64,000 nucleotides of DNA from Monocercomonoides exilis PA203 (taxonomy: Eukaryota; Protista; Preaxostyla). The notes below the pieces were generated by a model, which saw only the letters and a program-made list of their open reading frames with translations, did not search any database and was not told the origin of the DNA. Numbering within the stretch: position 1 is the stretch's first letter; each line of letters begins with the position of its first letter. The stretch is taken from the NCBI GenBank assembly GCA_001643675.2, contig LSRY02000026.1, positions 1,054,001 through 1,118,000 of the forward strand, given 5' to 3'. Made by a program: the position numbers and the translations under genes. Positions 22,001 through 35,541 of the stretch are shown in pieces.

Positions 22001-25000
22001 AATTCGGAATTAATAATTCGAAATCGAAAAAAATAATTCGATTTCGGAATTAATATTTCAAATTCGAAAATTAATATTTCAAATTCGAAAATTAATAATT
22101 CAAATTCGGAATTAATAATTCGAATTCGGAAATTAATAATTCAAATTCGGAATTAATAATTCGAAATCGAAAAAAATAATTCGATTTCGGAATTAATATT
22201 TCAAATTCGAAAATTAATAATTCGAATTCGGAATTAATAATTCGAAATCGAAAAAAATAATTCGATTTCGAAAATTAATAATTCAAATTCGGAATTAATA
22301 ATTCGAAATCGAAAAAAAATAATTCGATTTCGGAATTAATATTTCAATTTCGAAAATTAATAATTCGAATTCGGAATTAATAATTCGAAATCGAAAAAAA
22401 TAATTCGATTTCGGAATTAATATTTCAAATTCGAAAATTAATAATTCGAATTCGGAATTAATAATTCGAAATCGAAAAAAATAATTCGATTTCGGAATTA
22501 ATATTTCAAATTCGAAAATTAATAATTCGAATTCGGAATTAATAATTCGAAATCGAAAAAAATAATTCGATTTCGAAAATTAATAATTCGAATTCGGAAT
22601 TAATAATTCGAAATCGAAAAAAATAATTCGATTTCGGAATTAATATTTCAATTTCGAAAATTAATAATTCGAATTCGGAATTAATAATTCGAAATCGAAA
22701 AAAATAATTCGATTTCGGAATTAATATTTCAAATTCGAAAATTAATATTTCAAATTCGGAATTAATAATTCGAAATCGAAAAAAATAATTCGATTTCGGA
22801 ATTAATATTTCAATTTCGAAAATTAATAATTCGAATTCGGAATTAATAATTCGAAATCGAAAAAAATAATTCGATTTCGAAAATTAATAATTCGAATTCG
22901 GAATTAATAATTCGAAATCGAAAAAAATAATTCGATTTCGGAATTAATATTTCAATTTCGAAAATTAATAATTCGAATTCGGAATTAATAATTCGAAATC
23001 GAAAAAAATAATTCGATTTCGGAATTAATATTTCAAATTCGAAAATTAATATTTCAAATTCGGAATTAATAATTCGAAATCGAAAAAAAATAATTCGATT
23101 TCGGAATTAATATTTCAAATTCGAAAATTAATAATTCGAATTCGGAATTAATAATTCGAAATCGAAAAAAAATAATTCGATTTCGGAATTAATATTTCAA
23201 ATTCGAAAATTAATATTTCAAATTCGAAAATTAATAATTCAAATTCGGAATTAATAATTCGAATTCGGAAATTAATAATTCGATTTCGAAAAAAATAATT
23301 CAAATTCGAAAATTAATAATTCAAATTCGGAATTAATAATTCGAAATCGAAAAAAAATAATTCGATTTCGGAATTAATATTTCAAATTCGAAAATTAATA
23401 ATTCGAATTCGGAATTAATAATTCGAAATCGAAAAAAAATAATTCGATTTCGAAAATTAATAATTCGATTTCGGAATTAATATTTCAAATTCGAAAATTA
23501 ATATTTCAAATTCGAAAATTAATAATTCGATTTCGGAATTAATATTTCAAATTCGGAAATTAATAATTCAAATTCGGAATTAATAATTCGAAATCGAAAA
23601 AAAATAATTCGATTTCGGAATTAATATTTCAAATTCGAAAATTAATAATTCGAATTCGGAATTAATAATTCGAAATCGAAAAAAAATAATTCGATTTCGG
23701 AATTAATATTTCAATTTCGAAAATTAATAATTCGAATTCGGAATTAATAATTCGAAATCGAAAAAAAATAATTCGATTTCGGAATTAATATTTCAAATTC
23801 GAAAATTAATAATTCGAATTCGGAATTAATAATTCGAAATCGAAAAAAAATAATTCGATTTCGGAATTAATATTTCAATTTCGAAAATTAATAATTCGAA
23901 TTCGGAATTAATAATTCGAAATCGAAAAAAAATAATTCGATTTCGGAATTAATATTTCAAATTCGAAAATTAATATTTCAAATTCGAAAATTAATAATTC
24001 GAATTCGGAATTAATAATTCGAAATCGAAAAAAATAATTCGATTTCGGAATTAATATTTCAATTTCGAAAATTAATAATTCGAATTCGGAATTAATAATT
24101 CGAAATCGAAAAAAATAATTCGATTTCGAAAATTAATAATTCAAATTCGGAATTAATAATTCGAAATCGAAAAAAATAATTCGATTTCGGAATTAATATT
24201 TCAATTTCGAAAATTAATAATTCGAATTCGGAATTAATAATTCGAAATCGAAAAAAATAATTCGATTTCGGAATTAATATTTCAAATTCGAAAATTAATA
24301 ATTCGAATTCGGAATTAATAATTCGAAATCGAAAAAAATAATTCGATTTCGAAAATTAATAATTCAAATTCGGAATTAATAATTCGAAATCGAAAAAAAT
24401 AATTCGATTTCGGAATTAATATTTCAATTTCGAAAATTAATAATTCGAATTCGGAATTAATAATTCGAAATCGAAAAAAATAATTCGATTTCGGAATTAA
24501 TATTTCAATTTCGAAAATTAATAATTCGAATTCGGAATTAATAATTCGAAATCGAAAAAAATAATTCGATTTCGAAAATTAATAATTCAAATTCGGAATT
24601 AATAATTCGAAATCGAAAAAAATAATTCGATTTCGGAATTAATATTTCAATTTCGAAAATTAATAATTCGAATTCGGAATTAATAATTCGAAATCGAAAA
24701 AAATAATTCGATTTCGGAATTAATATTTCAATTTCGAAAATTAATAATTCGAATTCGGAATTAATAATTCGAAATCGAAAAAAATAATTCGATTTCGGAA
24801 TTAATATTTCAATTTCGAAAATTAATAATTCGAATTCGGAATTAATAATTCGAAATCGAAAAAAATAATTCGATTTCGAAAATTAATAATTCAAATTCGG
24901 AATTAATAATTCGAAATCGAAAAAAATAATTCGATTTCGAAAATTAATAATTCAAATTCGGAATTAATAATTCGAAATCGAAAAAAATAATTCGATTTCG

Positions 25001-26980
25001 GAATTAATATTTCAAATTCGAAAATTAATAATTCGAATTCGGAATTAATAATTCGAAATCGAAAAAAAATAATTCGATTTCGGAATTAATATTTCAAATT
25101 CGAAAATTAATAATTCGAATTCGGAATTAATAATTCGAAATCGAAAAAAAATAATTCGATTTCGGAATTAATATTTCAATTTCGAAAATTAATAATTCGA
25201 ATTCGGAATTAATAATTCGAAATCGAAAAAAATAATTCGATTTCGAAAATTAATAATTCAAATTCGGAATTAATAATTCGAAATCGAAAAAAAATAATTC
25301 GATTTCGGAATTAATATTTCAATTTCGAAAATTAATAATTCGAATTCGGAATTAATAATTCGAAATCGAAAAAAATAATTCGATTTCGGAATTAATATTT
25401 CAATTTCGAAAATTAATAATTCGAATTCGGAATTAATAATTCGAAATCGAAAAAAATAATTCGATTTCGGAATTAATATTTCAAATTCGAAAATTAATAA
25501 TTCAAATTCGGAATTAATAATTCGAAATCGAAAAAAATAATTCGATTTCGGAATTAATATTTCAATTTCGAAAATTAATAATTCGAATTCGGAATTAATA
25601 ATTCGAAATCGAAAAAAATAATTCGATTTCGGAATTAATATTTCAATTTCGAAAATTAATAATTCGAATTCGGAATTAATAATTCGAAATCGAAAAAAAT
25701 AATTCGATTTCGGAATTAATATTTCAATTTCGAAAATTAATAATTCGAATTCGGAATTAATAATTCGAAATCGAAAAAAATAATTCGATTTCGAAAATTA
25801 ATAATTCAAATTCGGAATTAATAATTCGAAATCGAAAAAAAATAATTCGATTTCGGAATTAATATTTCAATTTCGAAAATTAATAATTCGAATTCGGAAT
25901 TAATAATTCGAAATCGAAAAAAAATAATTCGATTTCGGAATTAATATTTCAAATTCGAAAATTAATAATTCGAATTCGGAATTAATAATTCGAAATCGAA
26001 AAAAAATAATTCGATTTCGGAATTAATATTTCAATTTCGAAAATTAATAATTCGAATTCGGAATTAATAATTCGAAATCGAAAAAAAATAATTCGATTTC
26101 GAAAATTAATAATTCGATTTCGAAAATTAATATTTCAAATTCGAAAATTAATAATTCAAATTCGGAATTAATAATTCGAAATCGAAAAAAAATAATTCGA
26201 TTTCGGAATTAATATTTCAAATTCGAAAATTAATAATTCGAATTCGGAATTAATAATTCGAAATCGAAAAAAAATAATTCGATTTCGAAAATTAATAATT
26301 CAAATTCGGAATTAATAATTCGAAATCGAAAAAAAATAATTCGATTTCGGAATTAATATTTCAAATTCGAAAATTAATAATTCGAATTCGGAATTAATAA
26401 TTCGAAATCGAAAAAAATAATTCGATTTCGAAAATTAATAATTCAAATTCGGAATTAATAATTCGAAATCGAAAAAAAATAATTCGATTTCGGAATTAAT
26501 ATTTCAATTTCGAAAATTAATAATTCGAATTCGGAATTAATAATTCGAAATCGAAAAAAATAATTCGATTTCGGAATTAATATTTCAATTTCGAAAATTA
26601 ATAATTCGAATTCGGAATTAATAATTCGAAATCGAAAAAAATAATTCGATTTCGAAAATTAATATTTCAAATTCGGAATTAATAATTCGAAATCGAAAAA
26701 AATAATTCGATTTCGGAATTAATATTTCAATTTCGAAAATTAATAATTCGAATTCGGAATTAATAATTCGAAATCGAAAAAAAATAATTCGATTTCGGAA
26801 TTAATATTTCAATTTCGAAAATTAATAATTCGAATTCGGAATTAATAATTCGAAATCGAAAAAAAATAATTCGATTTCGGAATTAATATTTCAATTTCGA
26901 AAATTAATAATTCGAATTCGGAATTAATAATTCGAAATCGAAAAAAAATAATTCGATTTCGAAAATTAATAATTCAAATT
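19053..26980 (+). repeat. Satellite array of 20/21-bp monomers in 81/82-bp (4-mer) and 61/62-bp (3-mer) higher-order units
   Basis: Unit TTCGATTTCGGAATTAATAT-TTCAATTTCGAAAATTAATAA-TTCGAATTCGGAATTAATAA-TTCGAAATCGAAAAAAATAA (period 81 between 19141 and 19222). Confidence 0.98.
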
Positions 26981-27490
26981 GGCATAGGTCTATTTTGTAC
27001 CAGTTTGGAAAGGCTTTTTTAAATTTTTTTATTAACGTATTATTAATTCTCATAATTATTGCAAGCAAACTGCTGATGGAAAAAGTCAAAATTCTTCCAT
27101 CAAAAAATTGATATTTTTTCTATTTTTTCTCAACCCATAATATTTTCCTATTGATCGCAAAGAATTAAAAATTCAATTTTTGACTTTGTAAAGTTTTTTC
27201 ATTAATTTCATAAGTGTGATTTTTATCAAAATTGTTTGTGTTTATTTTATGTTTCCTAATATTGTTATTACACCATTCGTATGTTGCTCTTTTCACAGAA
27301 TAACTTTACCAATGTATTTATCATTTTCTCAAGAATATAAATTGAAATCGCGTTATAAATAATATATAGCACAAAGATTTATTGAAAGGTAGTGTGTGTA
27401 TGTTTATAATAGTCGATGAATATTTTATCAAACTGTCATTTATTTTTTATTTTTATTTTTATTTTTTTTTTTTTGATTTGACTGAATAAG

Positions 27491-28244
27491 AAAAGACAGT
27501 TTAAGTGGAGGAAAATCTCACGTGTTTGAGTGCTCATTCGCTTCATGCTCTTTTTCAGATCGATATGGTGGAGGGATGTATTGTTACAATGTTCCGGCTA
27601 CATTCAAAATGCGGAGCCTTCAGCTTATTTCGTGCAACGCAACATCAACTGGCGGAGGATTGTGTTTCAATCCAAACCAACAAACAGCTCCAAGCAACAA
27701 CCTTTATTGCTATTTCTTCTTCTTCCACGATTGCAATTGCAACGCCTCCACTCCATATGGCCATGATGTGTATTTTGAAGATTATTACAATCTCTTCTCA
27801 TCGAATAACCCGTTCTATGAATCGTACACAACAAATACTAATGATAAGAGAGTGTACTACCAATATTATAACGGAAACAATTGGGTGTATCAGGAAACAC
27901 AAAAGAAGGGCTGGCTGAAGGAGGGGATGAAAGATAGATATGTTGGGGTGAGTGGGGATGACGCAAACAACCTGTGTGGGATGAGCGAGTCAGCACCGTG
28001 CAAGACAGTGGGGTATGCAGCGGAGTCGAGCATGGCACAGCTGAGCTCGACAATCACAGTGCTGAGTGGGAAGCATGTGAGCGAAGGGGCCACAATCAAT
28101 GCTGGGGAAAAGAAGATAATAATAACAGGGAAAGGGAAGACAGTGAGTGTGATTGCAAATAATTCTCTTATTTCTTCATCGACAAAGCTGTTCAGTGTGA
28201 TGAGAAGACAGTTGGAGTCGAAATATTTTCGCTGGCTGAAATAA
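27491..28244 (+). pseudogene. Captured fragment of a Cys/Gly-rich putative surface protein gene (parallel beta-helix-like GGG repeats)
   Basis: SDRYGGGMYC..CNATSTGGGLCF..YGHDVYF..DRYVGVSGDDANNLCGMSESAPCKTVGYA..IIITGKG. Preceded by a T-rich intron acceptor ending at 27490; no ATG start and apparently truncated at the 3' end. Confidence 0.7.
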
Positions 28245-29212
28245 CATCAAATCCCAGGTCTGAAGGAGAGCATCCAACCTCAGTATCCGTATTTGTGCTG
28301 GCTTAATCACAACCACCAATAACTGCCGTTGAGATGAAAAAATAAAAATCTGCCGCATTCCCTCGTCTCCACGCTGCACCTCTCCCAATCTCCGTTTTCA
28401 TCGTTCTCATCGCCTTCTCCGATGTTTGAGTTCACCCAAGCACTGGGATCTTGGAGAAAATTCTTCTGTTGCAAAACATCATCAACTGAGCCCTGCTGAG
28501 AAACAAATTGCGACATAAACACCACAGAATGTGTGACTTCAACGGCTTTATCGAGAGACAAACAAAATGGCATACCTCTATCACATCTGCAGTAAAAAGA
28601 TTGAAAAAAGCAAAAGAAATAGAGCAACCCACAAACACACTCGCACATCCAGCTACAGCATTTTGAAGGCGTAGAATGTTGAAGGATGAATTACAAATAT
28701 TATTCACTTACAGGCACAGCCAGATATACTTAAAAACTCAGCAGTTCATCAGCTGTTCCACCTCAAAAAATCAAATTTCAGACTTCAGAAAGAGCTGTGA
28801 TCCATTCCTCCTCAATGGAAAAACAATTTTTTCAAGACACTTCGTCTTTTAACAATTAATTTTTTTAAAAACAAATACATCCATTGAACTTTTTTGTTTC
28901 TCTTTAATAAAAAATTTCTTCAAAAATGGTGAAATGTTGGATTTAAAGTTTTCTATATGAGGTGATTCTCCAAAATTCAACTCAGAACCTTTGAAAAAGC
29001 GTTTATCTGTCAATGCAGTTTAAAAAGGGATTTTCGCACGCTGTTTCTCCTGTGTGTTTCGTTTTGTCTTTAAATGCCACACTGAAACATGAATAAAAAT
29101 ATGACAGAATGGTCAAAGAATAAAAGAAAATGCATTAATGAATTGTTATTGAAGATTTGAAAAAAGTTAACAACAAAGTTATTAAAATACAAAAAAATCA
29201 ATATGACAGAAT

Positions 29213-30232
29213 TTGGATATTATGAAATCAATGACTCAGAAGTTTTCACAAACAAATGAAGTTTCCTCGTCTCTTTTCTGTATTCCATATATCAAATGCC
29301 TCTTTGTCTTAGCCTTTTTCTTTCATTCTTCTCTTCTTCCTTCTCTTCTCGTTCAATTAAACTCTGTTGTTTCAAAATTCTCTATCTCCGTCTCTATCAC
29401 ATTTCCTCAAATTCTCAAAAGCCAAGTCCTCCAGCCTATATTTCCTGTTGCGTCTACTCTTCATCCACCACCACTCCATGGGGAGTATATTTATCCAATA
29501 TCTTCTCAACTTTTCAACTTGCTTCGAAAGGGCTCATCCTGGCCTCAGCTTTGCTTCCAACAGCCAACAATTTATCCTTCAATCTTTTCTCTCTTATCTT
29601 CTATTATCTATTTCCGGCATTTCAGCTCCAAAACACACACAGCGTCGATCACCTCCATCGTCATTTACAACAATCTTGCCAGGCATGGAGCCATCACACA
29701 CACGAACCTGCAACAGCTCCTTTTTATTCACTCATCGCAACTTCTTCACTTCACAATTCTATTTCTTCTTCCTCTTCACACAGCTTTCCATCAATGTGCA
29801 ATATCAAAACAAAGATCAAGCATTCTGGACCAATTTATCTTTACACATTGGTTCTTCATTGTCACTTCCATCTGTTCGACAATTCTTTTGCACCAGCTCA
29901 TGGAATATCAAATCAAACAGATGATAAACTTCTTTTCCATCCAACTCTTAATAATGGCCTTTGTGGTTTATATCGTTCAGTTCACACCTTTTTCTTCCTT
30001 ATCACCAAGAATTTTTCTGCTTTATCTCGTCTATTCTTTTCTCTCGCATTTCATTTCTATTAATTCTTCTTATCCAGCCTCTTCACATCCTCTCCCTAAT
30101 TATCTTTTTCGCTGCTTGCTCTCTCCCATCCTATTAAAATCCTTTCTTTCAAAAACAGCGTTAAATCGATCTTTCATCGTATCAGCTGTTCAACGTGGAA
30201 TTAATAACAAGATGAAAATAATCACAATTTGA
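29213..30232 (+). other. Pyrimidine-rich, G-poor segment open in all three + frames; decayed ORF of unknown origin inside the TIR element
   Basis: Overlapping 339, 255 and 185 aa ORFs with no recognisable domain. Confidence 0.3.
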
Positions 30233-30677
30233 ATATCATTATAAAAGAATATTATTTGAAATCAACAACAGAATTACCTTTGAAAAGTGTTGTTTTCGAT
30301 ATTGTCCAAAGTACAACTATAATTGTGTATGCACAAGAATAAATTTCAAACATTGAATCAGCTGAAAATTTTCAAATGAAAAATAATACTTGTAAATATT
30401 TACTTGAGAAAACAGCGATAATATTATTTCTTCTCCAATTATTGCATTGAACAGTTGCTTTGAGCATCACAAAGTCAAAAATTGAATTTTTAATTCTTTG
30501 CGATCAATAGGAAAATATTATGGGTTGAGAAAAAATAGAAAAAATATCAATTTTTTGATGGAAGAATTTTGACTTTTTCCATCAGCTGTTTGCTTGCAAT
30601 AATTATGAGAATTAATAATACGTTAATAAAAAAATTTAAAAAAGCCTTTCCAAACTGGTACAAAATAGACCTATGCC

Positions 30678-31700
30678 TTCAAATTCGGAATTAATAATTC
30701 GAAATCGAAAAAAAATAATTCGATTTCGAAAATTAATAATTCGAATTCGGAATTAATAATTCGAAATCGAAAAAAAATAATTCGATTTCGGAATTAATAT
30801 TTCAATTTCGAAAATTAATAATTCGAATTCGGAATTAATAATTCGATTTCGGAATTAATATTTCAAATTCGAAAATTAATATTTCAAATTCGAAAATTAA
30901 TAATTCGAATTCGGAATTAATAATTCGAAATCGAAAAAAAATAATTCGATTTCGGAATTAATATTTCAATTTCGAAAATTAATAATTCGAATTCGGAATT
31001 AATAATTCGAAATCGAAAAAAAATAATTCGATTTCGGAATTAATATTTCAATTTCGAAAATTAATAATTCGAATTCGGAATTAATAATTCGAAATCGAAA
31101 AAAAATAATTCGATTTCGAAAATTAATAATTCAAATTCGGAATTAATAATTCGAAATCGAAAAAAAATAATTCGATTTCGAAAATTAATAATTCGATTTC
31201 GGAATTAATATTTCAAATTCGAAAATTAATATTTCAAATTCGAAAATTAATAATTCGAATTCGGAATTAATAATTCGAAATCGAAAAAAAATAATTCGAT
31301 TTCGGAATTAATATTTCAAATTCGAAAATTAATAATTCGAATTCGGAATTAATAATTCGAAATCGAAAAAAAATAATTCGATTTCGGAATTAATATTTCA
31401 ATTTCGAAAATTAATAATTCAAATTCGGAATTAATAATTCGAAATCGAAAAAAAATAATTCGATTTCGGAATTAATATTTCAATTTCGAAAATTAATAAT
31501 TCGAATTCGGAATTAATAATTCGAAATCGAAAAAAAATAATTCGATTTCGGAATTAATATTTCAATTTCGAAAATTAATAATTCAAATTCGGAATTAATA
31601 ATTCGAATTCGGAAATTAATAATTCGATTTCGAAAAAGAATAATTCAATTTCGAAAAAGAATAATTCAATTTCGAAAATGATTATTTCAATTTCGAAATT
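30678..31700 (+). repeat. Continuation of the satellite after the insertion, degenerating at ~31620-31700
   Basis: Same 20/21-bp monomers, resumed in register after the TSD. Confidence 0.97.
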
Positions 31701-32202
31701 CATTAAAAACTTAAATTTTTAATTTATCTCGAGAATGGATTTCAGAAAAGGAAAAGTTATTTTTTTGACCAATCAAATTTTATTACGCATAGAAAACTGT
31801 TTTTTTTATTGCAACAATCAATAAATCAATTTTTTAAATTTTTTTTCATTTTCGAAAATCATTACTCAAATAATATTAATCTTATAAAAATTCATTCTAT
31901 TGAATAACCTAATAAAAATTGAAAAAATTTAATCACGATTATAGTATTATTTCTTCACAATAATGTGATTGTTTCATTGGTAAATATATTAAAATCATCA
32001 ATTTTTAATAAGAAAATGTATTTCTTTCCTTTTCAAATTAACTTCAATCAATAAATCTTCATTCAGAATGAAAGAAAATTTTTAATGAAAATGCATCATT
32101 TTTCAAATATTGATAAACAAAATTTGCTGATGAGATAAAAATTAAAAGAATTTAAAACCCCAAACACAAGTTATTCATTCCACAAATTAAAAAAATTCAC
32201 GT

Positions 32203-32510
32203 TTCGAATTTGAATTATTAATTTTCGAAATCGAATTATTAATTTCCGAATTCGAATTATTAATTCCGAATTTGAATTATTAATTTTCGAATTTGAAATA
32301 TTAATTTTCGAATTTGAAATATTAATTCCGAAATCGAATTATTTTTTTTCGATTTCGAATTATTAATTCCGAATTCGAATTATTAATTTTCGAATTTGAA
32401 ATATTAATTCCGAAATCGAATTATTTTTTTTCGATTTCGAATTATTAATTCCGAATTTGAATTATTAATTTTCGAAATTGAATTATTTTTTTTCGAATTA
32501 GAATTATTAT
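32203..32510 (-). repeat. Inverted ~310-bp copy of the satellite (unexpanded right TIR)
   Basis: TTCGAATTTGAATTATTAATTTTCGAAATCG... is the reverse complement of the array monomers. Confidence 0.95.
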
Positions 32511-33415
32511 TGGTGTACCTGAAGAAAAATATTTCACCCGATCTCAGATTAGAAATGATCAATTTGGTGTTTTCATGTAAATGGAAAAATGAAATTTGAA
32601 AATATCAAGAAAAAATAAATTATCCAATAAAAGAACATAAAGATAAAACTGGATATGCATGTTGTTCATGAAAATAGACTTCATATTTTTGTAAAAGGCT
32701 TCGTTGGCTGAAAAAACTTTTCAAAAAAGAAGTGATTGTTATTAAGATCCTAACTTTTTTCGGGGTGTTTTTTTATGAAAATTCTTTGTCCTTTGCTACG
32801 TGATTTGCATTTATATTCGAAATGTTTATCAATCATTTCAAAAGCCATCGTTTGATTAGAAAAAATTATCGACACGAGTGATAATTTTTGAAATCATATT
32901 TTTTCATACATAATTTTCGGTTCAGAATTATTTCTTGAATATCAATAAAAAAAATTGAAAAGTGAAAAGGTTGATTGAATGCATTTTAATCTTTAATTCG
33001 GAAAAACCATTTGTTTTTAAAAAAATTTTCATGTTTTTTCTCTTTTGAATTGAAATTATCTTTCAAAAAGCGAACAATCTTTGAAAAATCAACACCCCGA
33101 AAAAAGGTATTGATTCAAAATAAATCATCCACACATCATTACATAGATCTTTCACTTTTTAGGGTTCATTTTTGTGTATTTTCTACTTTTATTCTAATCA
33201 AAATTTAACAGTGAAAATATATGATTACGAAAATATCCACCAGAATAAACAAAAAAACCGAAATAATTCGATGAGTTGTGGATTAAAACATAATAACAAA
33301 CCAGGAAATTAAATCGTAAATCTTGTTAAAAAGTATTTCATATTGTTAAAACTTGTTTGAGACTTTTAATTGATTGGCGAATTTAAACTAAAAAGGTATT
33401 CCTCTGTGATGTGAT

Positions 33416-33820
33416 AAATCACTTGAAGCCTCTTCCGTCACAAAAAAAATTCTTTTTTAGAAAAATAAAATAAAACTGAATAAAATGTCAAAATTTTTTT
33501 GAAAAGTTCCTTTTGTTTATTTTTCAAATAAAGAAAAAATTTTATATTTCGATCAAATTTCTGTTCCCACTTACGAAACTTCACTTGAAATAAAATAATA
33601 ACATTGTCAAGATTGTGTTTTCATGACAGCAAAATTTGGTGAGTGGGAACGAAAATTTGATCGAAATATGAAATTTATATTTTATTTGAAAATTAAACAA
33701 AAGGTACTTTTCAAAAAAATTTTGACAAATAAAATTAAATTAAATAAAAATATTTTAAATAGACTTCATCAATAACATTCACCACAATTTATTCAAATAA
33801 TACATTTTTGAAGTGATTTG
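33416..33820. mobile_element. Hairpin/MITE-like inverted repeat (core arms ~33486-33580 and ~33640-33727)
   Basis: TGTCAAAATTTTTTTGAAAAG..TTTCGATCAAATTTCTGTTCCCACT versus AGTGGGAACGAAAATTTGATCGAAA..CTTTTCAAAAAAATTTTGACA; outer AAATCACTT/AAGTGATTT; no TSD identified. Confidence 0.65.
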
Positions 33821-33999
33821 TTTAAAAGAGAAATGTCGATCTTTTTTAATGGTTATTAAAAATAATTGTGGGTTTATTCTTCGTTAGTTAATCTTTAAAG
33901 TTTAATATCTTTGAAAAAGCATCATTGGAGATTCTTCGTGGGCGTGTGTGTGTTCAGTTAATAGCTTTTTTTTGAAATGAATTTATTATTAATTTGAGA

Positions 34000-34298
34000 C
34001 AGACAGCGAGTGATGTTTGAAGGAAACGGAAGGAATCATCAAGTGCGATCAGAAGCAGCACAATTTGGGGGGACTTGCGAATGGATGAGTTTTGGAGAAA
34101 TTGATGAAGCGATTGACGAAGTGCAGAGAGATGGGGGAAGTGAGTATGAATGAGCTGGGTTTTAGGGGAGAAGATTCAAAAGAAGTGGGAGAGGTGGGAA
34201 AGGATGTGGATTGGAAGAGAAAATACGATGAGATAATGAGAAAAGTCCATAAATGTTTAATTATTCCTCCTTCAATAAAAAGATATTTTGAACAATAA
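34000..34298 (+). pseudogene. Decayed fragment of the same family as 15900-17389
   Basis: NELGFRGEDSKEVGEVGKDVDWKRK aligns with NELHFESEAIRELEDLSKRVDWKRK. Confidence 0.6.
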
Positions 34299-34422
34299 TT
34301 GCATGGAAATAAATAGCATTAAAAAATTACACTTTTTGGTGGAGCAGTTCTTTGATATATCTTCAAATTTTTCATCAACATAATTTTATGATCAATCTTT
34401 TTATTAAATAATTGAATCTGTC

Positions 34423-34459
<37 letters not shown>

Positions 34460-35541
34460 CGGAAGAATGCGAAAGAACTGAAGGTTGATTGTTGCATTGA
34501 ACAATGCGCTGCTAATGGGATCACATAATATGTTTGACTTTGTGTTATTTTTTTCTCTTTTCTCATCTTTTTCTATTTATTTTTTACTTTCACATTTTGA
34601 TTGATATCTGATAATTCAAAAAGAAATTTATGAAATACATCCATATTGGGCATATGCTCACTTTTCCTTACAAGCCAAAAATAATTCAGACAACTTTGTT
34701 TTTATTTACAAATTGTTGTAATGCATTTATAACATGTGAATAATAGCTGGTTTTTGTTATATCAGTTTTCAAAGTTGTGAAAAAATAATAAAAATACTTG
34801 ATAATGATCAAAATTGTAATCATTCTGAATATTCGCTAACATTTGTTCCATTTCCTGGATTGTCAATATCTTCCTCATGAATATCAACTTCTTCCTGCTC
34901 AATATGGGGAACATCTGCTTCATCGTCTCCTTTTCCATTATCATAATTATGTTGAAACGCATCTTCTGTAGGTTCGAAGTTGGACATATGGGTAATTTTT
35001 TTTGAAAAGACGCAAATGTTTTATTTTCAAATACTTCAAAAATTTCATATTTCGAACAAATTTCTGTTTCCACTCTGGTATCTTCTAAAGAATGTATGAA
35101 ATAGCATTATCGAGCTTTGGATACCACATAAGTACAATTTGATACTCGTTAAAATAGGCCTGGTTGACTGATTGAATAATAGACGGTTACGTCAGTCAAC
35201 AGCATTTTTTCACGTCAATTGGTTTTTTTTCTCTCTCTCTTGATTTTTGATGCAATAAACATGTATTTTTAAGAATAAAATTGTTTGGCTATTTTCAATA
35301 ATGATTAGTAATGAATTTCATTTTTCCATTAAAGAAAAAACATTAAACCATAATTCTTATAACGCTCAATATGAGAAAAATAATTGTGCAATTTCACGCT
35401 TGCAGTCAATGATAGCTAATTGGTTTGCATATTGTTGTATTTGCCTATTATCTATAAATGTTTTTCTTTTTGTGAATCAGTGGAACTTTTCGAAAATAAA
35501 CAAATAGTGGAATATCTTATTATCCTTGATGAATTTCGAGT

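Larger units (their letters stand above)
26981..30677. mobile_element. 3.7-kb non-autonomous TIR transposon (209-bp TIRs, 8-bp TSD) carrying captured sequence; Pack-MULE-like, superfamily uncertain
   Basis: TIRs 26981-27189 and 30469-30677 begin GGCATAGGTCTATTTTGTACCAG, with one mismatch seen. TSD TTCAAATT at 26973-26980 and 30678-30685. Interrupts the satellite. Confidence 0.95.
19046..32515. mobile_element. Foldback-type element whose TIRs are built of tandem repeats; left arm hugely expanded; TA flanks
   Basis: Left TA|CACCAAAAATAATTCTAATTCGAAAAAAAATAATTCAATTTCG; right CGAAATTGAATTATTTTTTTTCGAATTAGAATTATTATTGGTG|TA. Right arm (~32203-32515) is the same repeat in inverted orientation; ~500-bp non-coding loop at ~31700-32200. 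Confidence 0.85.

Noticed and set aside
19053-31700. CRISPR array or repeat-protein ORF in the tandem array
   Set aside because: No unique spacers and no cas genes; eukaryotic context; 81/82/61-bp unit mix breaks any reading frame
19053-32510. Telomeric repeat
   Set aside because: Not a short G-rich unit; internal, and bounded by transposon-like termini
32750-33110. Inverted pair TTTTTCGGGGTGTT / AACACCCCGAAAAAA
   Set aside because: Probably an old MITE, but ends and TSD cannot be defined
34762-35073. 103-aa ORF adjacent to hAT-1
   Set aside because: No recognisable motif; lies outside the TSD; cannot be supported as a gene
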